Source of the DNA: Candidatus Nanoclepta minutus
Lineage (GTDB): Archaea; Nanobdellota; Nanobdellia; Nanobdellales; Nanobdellaceae
DNA: 32,000 nt
Reading direction: 5' to 3'
Assembly (NCBI GenBank): GCA_003568775.1
Contig: MWMI01000001.1
Coordinates: forward strand, 120,001-152,000
A program made the translations under genes and the position numbers. A model generated the notes under the pieces. That model was not told the DNA's origin. It was given only the letters and a program-made list of their open reading frames with translations, and did no database searches. Below, one piece after another: positions 24,527 to 31,705 of the stretch (position 1 is the first letter of the stretch; each line of letters starts with the position of its first letter).

Positions 24527-26929
24527 ATGGCTGGAAGTTTTAAGAAAGAGGGAACTAATAAATATATTATGATGAATCGCAAGACTTTAGCAGGCGTAGG
24601 TAGTTTAGTAGTATTGGGAGCATCCGTATTGGCTCAAGGTACAACAACACTAGGAGGTGTTAGGGAAGCAGTAAAGCAGAATCCTAGTGCATGGTATGTA
24701 GTAGTTGGAAAAGATGCAAAGGCCTCAGATGTAATCGGTGCTGCAGACGTAATAGCTGCATTACAGTATTACACTGTACAAAGATCGGTTCAACCAGTTG
24801 ACTTATCTGCAGTAAAAGTTGTATTGCAACATCCTGTATTAAACGAAACAGATCTCTTAACAGAAACGGGATATAACAATGTGGTAGAAAATCGTACAGT
24901 TGTAGTAAATAACACACCAATATATTATTCTGTAAATTTAGAAGTACCCTCGCTTGAAGTAAGTTTGAACGAATCTAACACATTACAAGTAGAAAAGGCG
25001 GGATTTACAGTAACATTAAGTTTCAGCGATAAAATAGATAATTTAAATAATACAAAGATTACAGTATTAGGAAAAGATTTCTATGTAGTAGTAAGTGATA
25101 AGTCTTATAGTGAGATTGACTTAAGAAGGGTACCAATACAAGAATACAATCTTTATTTGAACCAACAAATAACGTTCTTAGGACATACAATAAGCTTGGT
25201 AGATATATATGAAACAATAGGACAAGGTTATACAGCAGTATTAAGTGTGGATGGACAGGAGGTTGAAATACCTATAGGACAATCTAAGACGGTTAATGGA
25301 TTAGAGATATATGTTGCTGAAGGAAAGAAGTCTTGGGTAAATTCATCAAATACCTATGTAAAGATTGGAATAGGTGGAGGAGAAGTATATAAGCTAATAC
25401 AAAAAGCACAAGGTAGCAGTGATTATGATATTAAGGATCCGAGTAGAAATATAATAGGAACAGCAACCTTATTAGATGATGGGAAAACATTAGAATTAAC
25501 ATTTACAAAGGATTACTTATTTGCAGGAGATTCATACGAATTGCCAATATTTGGAGGATATAAGATAGTATTTAAACCATATGCGTTACCACCGGCAAAT
25601 GCAGATTTAGTAACAGTAACATATGCTGGACAACAAACTATTGGCGAAACGGTATATAACGTATTTAACATACAGTTTACAGATCCTGTAACTGGAAACC
25701 AAGTAACATTGCCAATATATTATACTGGTAATAATCCATGGGCAATTGGAGCACCAGATGCAACGAAGTTGACTGTATTGAGTTATAAAGGTGGAAACTC
25801 ACCTGTTTCTATTGACAGTATAGATGGTATATCTAAGAGTATATCAACGATAAACAAAGCATATGTATTATTGACAGATGATTCTTCAGTATCTCGTCTA
25901 TTGAAGATAGAAGTAGACAGTCTAGATAATGTAGGATTTGCACAAATAACAGATCTATTGAATGGACAACAATATCAGTTAGATCCAACATATAATCCAT
26001 CTGTAGAAATACCATTAGGAAATAATAAAGTAGTAAAAGTAGAAGTAAAAAAAGATAGTAATAATAAATATCAGCTATGTATATCCAATATAGACAGCCC
26101 AGGCACTTTAGTAGACTTCTCTAAGGGAGACGCTTTAGTAGACTTCTATACAAGCAGTGGTGATACGATAACCATAGGTCCATTGACTGACTCAAAATTA
26201 AGTGTAGGGGTGGGTAGTAAAACATCACCATATACATTTGCATTGGATGGAACAAATCAAGCATTAGATTTAAGTAGTAGTAGCTTATTATCTGCAAAAA
26301 TAGTAAAACAAGGTTCAACACTATATAGAGCTGTGTACGACAATAACAATAATTATATCATATACCCATTAGGTGTTAAGTGTACTAGAGTAGATTTCTA
26401 CTTAGCAATAAAAGATAAAACACCATCTCCAGAAGTAAAGTTACAAGACTTAATACACTCAACAACAGAAGAATACAAAGTAGCACCCGGTGGAAGTGTT
26501 AAAGTAGGAGAAGAGACATTAACAGTTGCAAGCTTAGAGGGAGTACCAGCACAAATAGAGACAGCACAAGTAGGAACACCATTGATAGGAGGAGCAATAT
26601 TGGATACTGAAGTAACAGCAAATATGAACAACTTAATAGTAATTGGTGGTCCAGCAGTTAACAAATTAGCTGCAGATCTATTACAAGTAGCATATCCAAC
26701 ATATGGAGACACACTAAAGGAGATGGGAATACTAGCAGAAGGAGAAGGATTGATAAAAGTATTCACAACACCAAAAGTAGCAGTATTAGTAATGGGATGG
26801 GAAGCTGAGGATACAAGAGCAGCAGCAAGAGTATTATCAGCATTCCTAGCAGAACAAGGATATCCAGAGTTAGCTAGCAAAGAAGAAGCAAAGGTAAGGG
26901 GAGGATTACAAAACACCCAAGTTTCCTAA
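24527..26929 (+). CDS. S-layer (surface) protein; the true start is possibly 24569 or 24572
   Basis: 800 aa. Sec-type signal MMNRKTLAGVGSLVVLGASVLAQG. The protein is rich in T/V/N/S/G and has only two Cys. The C-terminal NLIVIGGPAVNKLAADLL...VAVLVMGWEAEDTRAAARVL is the motif I recall from Methanococcales-type S-layer proteins. Codon bias is strong, and an oligo-T follows the stop. Confidence 0.8.
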   Translation: MAGSFKKEGTNKYIMMNRKTLAGVGSLVVLGASVLAQGTTTLGGVREAVKQNPSAWYVVVGKDAKASDVIGAADVIAALQYYTVQRSVQPVDLSAVKVVLQHPVLNETDLLTETGYNNVVENRTVVVNNTPIYYSVNLEVPSLEVSLNESNTLQVEKAGFTVTLSFSDKIDNLNNTKITVLGKDFYVVVSDKSYSEIDLRRVPIQEYNLYLNQQITFLGHTISLVDIYETIGQGYTAVLSVDGQEVEIPIGQSKTVNGLEIYVAEGKKSWVNSSNTYVKIGIGGGEVYKLIQKAQGSSDYDIKDPSRNIIGTATLLDDGKTLELTFTKDYLFAGDSYELPIFGGYKIVFKPYALPPANADLVTVTYAGQQTIGETVYNVFNIQFTDPVTGNQVTLPIYYTGNNPWAIGAPDATKLTVLSYKGGNSPVSIDSIDGISKSISTINKAYVLLTDDSSVSRLLKIEVDSLDNVGFAQITDLLNGQQYQLDPTYNPSVEIPLGNNKVVKVEVKKDSNNKYQLCISNIDSPGTLVDFSKGDALVDFYTSSGDTITIGPLTDSKLSVGVGSKTSPYTFALDGTNQALDLSSSSLLSAKIVKQGSTLYRAVYDNNNNYIIYPLGVKCTRVDFYLAIKDKTPSPEVKLQDLIHSTTEEYKVAPGGSVKVGEETLTVASLEGVPAQIETAQVGTPLIGGAILDTEVTANMNNLIVIGGPAVNKLAADLLQVAYPTYGDTLKEMGILAEGEGLIKVFTTPKVAVLVMGWEAEDTRAAARVLSAFLAEQGYPELASKEEAKVRGGLQNTQVS

Positions 26930-26933
26930 GGGC

Positions 26934-26946
26934 TCTTTCTTTTTTA
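26934..26946 (+). terminator. Oligo-T terminator after the S-layer gene
   Basis: CTCTTTCTTTTTTAT lies immediately after the TAA stop. Confidence 0.45.
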
Positions 26947-26958
26947 TAATTAATTTTT

Positions 26959-28074
26959 GTGAAGGTTTCTGCTAGAGGTATATATTCTACTGGTTTTCTT
27001 TCACTTCTAAGGGATCTTGGATATGAGTTAACGAACCTATCCGAAGAACAATCCAAGAGGTTTAACCTATACTCTAATGACAAAGAAGATATATCAGTTC
27101 TTGATCTAAAGGATAAGTCAGGTGTTGTAATAATAGGAAAGGATTTAGATAAATTAATAAACAAATTAAGGGATATACTTTGGGATTCACTTTATTATAA
27201 AAAACCCTTGGATAGGTATTCTGGAAAATACATTGAAATAAAAAGGGAAGGAGATATAGAATTTAAGACATCTGAGGAAAAGAAAAAGGAAATATTGGAA
27301 AAGTTAGGTAATAAGATATTGGGCTTAAACATAACGTTTAAGGAAGCTTGTAATAACGCATCAATAGAAGAAATAGAAAAGGAGATAAAAGATTTACAAA
27401 ACATATCAAAGTATTATGTTAACCTAGGATATAATTCTAAAATAATCTTAGATGAATATAGAAAAAAGATATTACCAACGATAAAGAACCATCATGTTTA
27501 TAGGAGGGATCTATCAAATATATTGGATTTTTCGGAAATTTTGTTGAAATATGCAAAAGAAGAGGATATAATAAAATCTATAAAGGAGTTCATAGTAAAG
27601 AAATTAAGACAAAGGGGTTATATCAAGAGGTATCACAGAAAAACTCTTACGGGGTTATTAATAGAATATATCGAGGTTATAAAGGATATAAAACTAATTG
27701 AAGATAAGATCTATTTAGAAACAATTAGGTTGGTAAAATCCGATGGATATTACGATGGAATGAACATAAAGAAGGAATCCGGGGATTATGTGATATCTAA
27801 ATACTTAGAAGGAGAATGGTATTTTGTAATGGAGTACTATAACAAGAATAATGAATTAAAGGGGAGGTATATAAACATAAACACTCCTTTAGAGATAACT
27901 ACAAAGGTAAATTACAACGATATAGCTATAGATGTTGTTGAAGTAAACGGGGAGATGAGACCCGTTGATATGGAGGAATTAGAGGCTTTATATAGGCAAG
28001 GTGTTATATCAGAGAAGTTATATAGAAAGGCTTTAGAATTGGTAGAAAATATATTAAAGAATGGTACATTCTGA
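26959..28074 (+). CDS. FAU-1-like RNA-binding protein / probable ribonuclease (RNase E/G-like, DUF402 C-terminal domain)
   Basis: 371 aa with a GTG start. The N-terminal KVSARGIYSTGFLSLLRDLGYEL matches the FAU-1 start (..RGIYATALT.LL). The C-terminal region (GRYININTPLE...DIAIDVVEVNGEMRPVDMEELE) is DUF402-like. Confidence 0.7.
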   Translation: MKVSARGIYSTGFLSLLRDLGYELTNLSEEQSKRFNLYSNDKEDISVLDLKDKSGVVIIGKDLDKLINKLRDILWDSLYYKKPLDRYSGKYIEIKREGDIEFKTSEEKKKEILEKLGNKILGLNITFKEACNNASIEEIEKEIKDLQNISKYYVNLGYNSKIILDEYRKKILPTIKNHHVYRRDLSNILDFSEILLKYAKEEDIIKSIKEFIVKKLRQRGYIKRYHRKTLTGLLIEYIEVIKDIKLIEDKIYLETIRLVKSDGYYDGMNIKKESGDYVISKYLEGEWYFVMEYYNKNNELKGRYININTPLEITTKVNYNDIAIDVVEVNGEMRPVDMEELEALYRQGVISEKLYRKALELVENILKNGTF

Positions 28075-28222
28075 GGTAAAGCAAGATCTGAAATATATAA
28101 TCCTAGCTTTAATTTTCCTAATCCTTGCATTTATTATTCTATACTTTCTAATCCCCTCCTAAAGCAAAAACTCTAAAATTTTTGATGGAAGATTTTTAAA
28201 CTATATTTCTTTTTAAAAAATA

Positions 28223-29020
28223 ATGGATGTTTCGGTTAACTCGAGTATGGTTAAGTTTGTCTCTTCTCTTATAGAAGAAGGCAAGAGATACGATGGTAGG
28301 GATTTTTTGAAGTATCGGAATCTTAAAGTAATAGAGGGCTATATACACAATGCCGAGGGATCGGCATATGTAGAGTTGGGGGATACGAAGGTATTAGCAG
28401 GGGTAAAGCTTGAGGTTTCGGAACCATTCCCAGACCTCCCAGATGAGGGTTTCTTTGTAGTATCCTTAGAATACTTACCAGGATCCCACTATGAAAAGGA
28501 ACCTGGTCCACCATCCCCGAGGGAAATAGAGTATGCGAGGATAGTTGATAGGATAATAAGGGGATCGGGTTTCATAAATACAAGGGAACTGTGTATAGAG
28601 AGTGGAAAATACGTTTGGTCGGCCTTTATAGATATCTACATAATAAACAATGATGGAAACATAGCTGATGCATCGTTAATTGCAGCCATAAAGGCATTGA
28701 AGAATACGTATTTCCCGAAGTTGGTAAAGGAAGGAGATAAATATGTTATAGATTATAAGGAAAAGACTAACAAGAAGTTACCAATAAACGAAGATAGGGT
28801 TCCGGTTTCTTTTACTTTCGTAAAAATAAAGGATAGGGTTTTATTGGACCCAAACCTCTATGAAGAGGAAGCAGCAGATTCTATAATAAACATAGGGATT
28901 ACGGATAAAGTACATAGTATTCAGTTTTTAAAGAGTAGCTTAGTGAGTTTGGAGGAATTGGAAAATATGATTGAGATTGCTGAAGAACAAAGAGAAAAAA
29001 TAATGAAGTACCTAAAATGA
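28223..29020 (+). CDS. rrp42: Exosome complex component Rrp42 (RNase PH-like, non-catalytic)
   Basis: 265 aa. DGRDFLKYRNLKV..AEGSAYVELGDTKVLAGVKLEVSEPFPDLPDEG...PGPPSPREIEYARIVDRIIR is the Rrp42 pattern. Confidence 0.85.
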   Translation: MDVSVNSSMVKFVSSLIEEGKRYDGRDFLKYRNLKVIEGYIHNAEGSAYVELGDTKVLAGVKLEVSEPFPDLPDEGFFVVSLEYLPGSHYEKEPGPPSPREIEYARIVDRIIRGSGFINTRELCIESGKYVWSAFIDIYIINNDGNIADASLIAAIKALKNTYFPKLVKEGDKYVIDYKEKTNKKLPINEDRVPVSFTFVKIKDRVLLDPNLYEEEAADSIINIGITDKVHSIQFLKSSLVSLEELENMIEIAEEQREKIMKYLK

Positions 29021-29214
29021 GCAGGAAACCTTCTAGATTTGCAATAGCTAGGCTAATCTCTGCAAGAGCTTTGATGATTGCAATGGGAGCACCACCATTA
29101 ATAAAACTTTCAAAGGAAGATTTAGAGAGAATAAACTATAGTCCAATAAAAATTGCAATGATGGAATATGAAAGGGGCGTATTACCCTTGGTTGTAAGGT
29201 TTAAAGGAACATAG
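29017..29214 (+). CDS. rpoK: DNA-directed RNA polymerase subunit K (Rpo6)
   Basis: 65 aa. RFAIARLISARALMIAMGAPPLI...YERGVLPLVV. The ATGA start/stop overlap with rrp42 suggests translational coupling. Confidence 0.85.
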   Translation: MSRKPSRFAIARLISARALMIAMGAPPLIKLSKEDLERINYSPIKIAMMEYERGVLPLVVRFKGT

Positions 29215-29234
29215 GGAAATAATCTTTTATATTC

Positions 29235-29306
29235 GGGCCCGTAGTCTAGTGGCATGACGCCGCCCTGACTAGGCGGAGGTCCGGGGTTCAAATCCCCGCG
29301 GGCCCA
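29235..29306 (+). tRNA. tRNA-Val (anticodon GAC)
   Basis: GGGCCCG TA GTC TAGTGGCAT GAC G CCGCC CTGACTA GGCGG AGGTC CGGGG TTCAAAT CCCCG CGGGCCC A. Length 72 nt, no intron, no CCA. Confidence 0.9.
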
Positions 29307-29343
29307 TTAGGGTATTTATAAGTATTGTATACCTATTAGTAGT

Positions 29344-29820
29344 ATGGTAGACAAAGGAGTTATAGAGGAGAAGTTGGAAAGGGTCATACATAGAGTTGAT
29401 GGTAAAAAGTATAGAACATCCATTTATGTTATATGTGGGGATAATACATACACGTTGAATTTAAAGACGAAGTTTAAAGGAGAGGATCTGGAAGGTATAG
29501 TATCGTTTTATATAGAGAGAAGGGGTAGTGTATTGAACTTTGAAGTTGGAGGATCGGAATACTTATTGGAAAAGCTAGACATGTATAAGGCTAGGAATCT
29601 CATCAAAAAGCTATACAAAAGCGTTAATGAACTATGTAATGGGGAAGTAATGAGCGGATTATCGAAGGTTCTATTATATTTGTATCGGATATCAAAGGAT
29701 AAAGATTTAGCTTCAGAAATAAAACGTCATAGGAATACGTACTTCAAAAGGCTTTACAGCGAAACTAATCTAGCTTTTAGGATAAAGGCTAGGAGGGAGA
29801 ATCTACCACTTGTCATATAA
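29344..29820 (+). CDS. Hypothetical protein (orphan)
   Basis: 158-aa ORF with a strand-rich N-terminal half and a basic helical C-terminal half. I recognise no motif. Confidence 0.5.
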   Translation: MVDKGVIEEKLERVIHRVDGKKYRTSIYVICGDNTYTLNLKTKFKGEDLEGIVSFYIERRGSVLNFEVGGSEYLLEKLDMYKARNLIKKLYKSVNELCNGEVMSGLSKVLLYLYRISKDKDLASEIKRHRNTYFKRLYSETNLAFRIKARRENLPLVI

Positions 29821-29851
29821 TTTTTTAAACTTTATTATATTATAATTACAG

Positions 29852-30406
29852 ATGAGTGATTATGAGATAATTGAAATAGATCCCTTAAGATGTATAGAAG
29901 ATAGGCTGAGATTTGAGACAGCACCGTTTTATTGGACAACAAAGAGGTGCATAGAAAGGAGGCTTATTGGAGAGGTTCCATCTAAGCTGGATCTTAGCTT
30001 GAGTGAAATATCGGGATCTGGAAGAAGTGCTATCGGTATTGCACTGAGAGTAGCCAACATACGTTTGGATCTAACTGTAAGGAAGGAGATAGATAAATAT
30101 GGAAGGGAGAAATATATAGCTTCTGCTCCAACAATAAGTATATACGATAGTGGATATGTGGGAACGGAAATAATTACTATCTACGATCTAGATATTGAGA
30201 AGCTGAGTAGGAAGGATGCTAAAATGATTTACGAATTAGGGAGAGAAATAATTGATGGTTGGGAGAAATATGATAAGTCTTCACACAGATTAAAAAATTT
30301 CCCAATAGAATACGAAAGTAAAGTATTGGATTTAGTTGGAATATTATCTAAATATATAAAGAAGAAATCTGTTAGAGAAACTTTGGAGAAGGGCTATTCT
30401 TTATAG
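29852..30406 (+). CDS. Hypothetical protein (orphan)
   Basis: 184-aa ORF, 31 nt downstream of the previous orphan. Its stop abuts the stop of the convergent gene (TAGCTA). I recognise no motif. Confidence 0.5.
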   Translation: MSDYEIIEIDPLRCIEDRLRFETAPFYWTTKRCIERRLIGEVPSKLDLSLSEISGSGRSAIGIALRVANIRLDLTVRKEIDKYGREKYIASAPTISIYDSGYVGTEIITIYDLDIEKLSRKDAKMIYELGREIIDGWEKYDKSSHRLKNFPIEYESKVLDLVGILSKYIKKKSVRETLEKGYSL

Positions 30407-31261
30407 CTATTCTATATACCTTTCCAATTCAATAATTTTTTCAGGTTTTCCATCAGAATCTTCATCAACTCCATTAATAACTATATAGAAATCTCTAGAT
30501 AGATCGAAGTTGTTATATATAAAGTATTTTATTGCAATTTTCGTACCCAAGGCCCTCTTTCCAGCCAATAGGACTATCCTCTTCTCTCCATCGAATGGAT
30601 TATTTATATTTGCAATTAGGCTAACTAACTCATCCGAATACCTTTTACCCGTGAAATCGGAATAAATGTCCCAGTTATATTCCTGGAGGAACCTAACCTT
30701 TAGGCTTGTATTTATTCTATAGGTTATATAGTTAGCTACGGGTCCTCCAATTAGTATTAAGTTCCCTTTTAGCAGGTTTTCCCTGTTTACATCTATATCC
30801 AACCTTATGAAATCATCATGCTTTGTTCTATCAAAGAACCTACCTAGGTAGGATGTTAGGAAGCCAACGTAATGTAGGTCCCTAGAGGATGCAGAAAATG
30901 GGCCGTGTGGTATTGGAGAACCAACAACTATTATACAATCAAGGAAACCATCTCTTATAAAAGGTTCTAGATTCTTCCTTTCCGTTTTATGATAGAAGAA
31001 ATCTTCCTTTTCATTTATTATATCATAGTATGCTTTATAGGCCCTGTATTTTACTTTTCCATCAACCCTTACAGTTTCTATAAAATCTATTATCTTCTTA
31101 TTTATATAGTAACTTATCAACTGCTCAGACTTACCCAATTCCCTTGCAATTTCAGATATGCTCATGCTCCTGTTTGATAGGAGGTATAGGATATCCCTCC
31201 CCAACCCGTCTATAACCCTTACCTTCTTAGCAACATACCCTTTATTTTCCTCTATAATCAT
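30407..31261 (-). CDS. Winged-helix DNA-binding protein with a C-terminal module resembling the S-layer protein C-terminus
   Basis: 284 aa. wHTH region: GRDILYLLSNRSMSISEIARELGKSEQLISYYINK. C-terminal NLILIGGPVANYITYRIN ... RIVLLAGKRALGTKIAIKYF parallels NLIVIGGPAVNKLAADLL ... VAVLVMGWEAEDTRAAARVL of the S-layer protein at 24527..26929. Confidence 0.65.
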   Translation of the reverse strand: MIIEENKGYVAKKVRVIDGLGRDILYLLSNRSMSISEIARELGKSEQLISYYINKKIIDFIETVRVDGKVKYRAYKAYYDIINEKEDFFYHKTERKNLEPFIRDGFLDCIIVVGSPIPHGPFSASSRDLHYVGFLTSYLGRFFDRTKHDDFIRLDIDVNRENLLKGNLILIGGPVANYITYRINTSLKVRFLQEYNWDIYSDFTGKRYSDELVSLIANINNPFDGEKRIVLLAGKRALGTKIAIKYFIYNNFDLSRDFYIVINGVDEDSDGKPEKIIELERYIE

Positions 31262-31297
31262 AAAAAATTAATTTTATAAAATCTTAAATTATTTTTT

Positions 31298-31315
31298 GTA
31301 TTTATCGTATTTATC
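31298..31315. repeat. Perfect tandem direct repeat, 2 x GTATTTATC, in a divergent promoter region
   Basis: GTATTTATCGTATTTATC was read directly from the sequence. It lies between the wHTH gene (start at 31261, minus strand) and the GNAT gene (start at 31366, plus strand). Confidence 0.6.
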
Positions 31316-31365
31316 AAACATATTTTTTAGAAACTATTAAAATAAGGTTTTTAGATAATATAATT

Positions 31366-31704
31366 ATGGGAAGTCTGAATATGGTTGTTGAGGAAGCTGA
31401 TACGAAGTTTTATAGGATATCTATAGAGGAAGATGGCAGGGAGATTGGGAGATGCTATGTATATTTAATAAAGAACGAACTACATGAAGAGCCTTATGCT
31501 TTATTGGAAGATGTCTTTATTGAGGAAGGATATAGGGGGAAGGGTTATGGGACAGAGTTAGTAAAAAAAGCAATAGATCTTGCAAGATCTAAGGGATGCT
31601 ATAAGATTATAGCAACTAGTAGGTTTGAGAGGGAAAGGGTACATAGTTTCTATGAGAACTTGGGCTTTAGGAAATGGGGATATGAATTTAGAATAGACTT
31701 TTAG
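31366..31704 (+). CDS. Minimal GNAT N-acetyltransferase with GNA1-like (glucosamine-6-phosphate N-acetyltransferase) motifs
   Basis: 112 aa. GNAT motif A is RGKGYGTELVKKAIDLA. LLEDVFI, GCYKII and SFYENLGF resemble the IEDI, GCYKI and FYEKCGF motifs I recall from eukaryotic GNA1. The stop lies 1 nt before the glmS ATG. Confidence 0.75.
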   Translation: MGSLNMVVEEADTKFYRISIEEDGREIGRCYVYLIKNELHEEPYALLEDVFIEEGYRGKGYGTELVKKAIDLARSKGCYKIIATSRFERERVHSFYENLGFRKWGYEFRIDF

Positions 31705-31705
31705 G

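Noticed and set aside
26106-26147. 15-nt perfect direct repeat CTTTAGTAGACTTCT (26106-26120 and 26133-26147).
   Set aside because: The 27-nt spacing is in-frame, and the repeat encodes LVDFSKGDA / LVDFYTSSG. This is a small internal duplication of the S-layer coding sequence, not a regulatory or CRISPR-type repeat.
26398-26916. 172-aa ORF antisense to the 3' end of the S-layer gene, plus smaller ones at 24684-24920, 25833-26015 and 26121-26321.
   Set aside because: These are by-products of the extreme codon bias of the S-layer gene. They have no upstream promoter-like sequence and no recognisable motifs.
29235-31261. tRNA-Val followed by three poorly characterised genes, considered as a possible genomic island or provirus remnant.
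   Set aside because: There is no integrase and no repeat of the tRNA 3' end downstream. Composition and codon style match the surrounding genes. The genes are retained as orphans, not called a mobile element.
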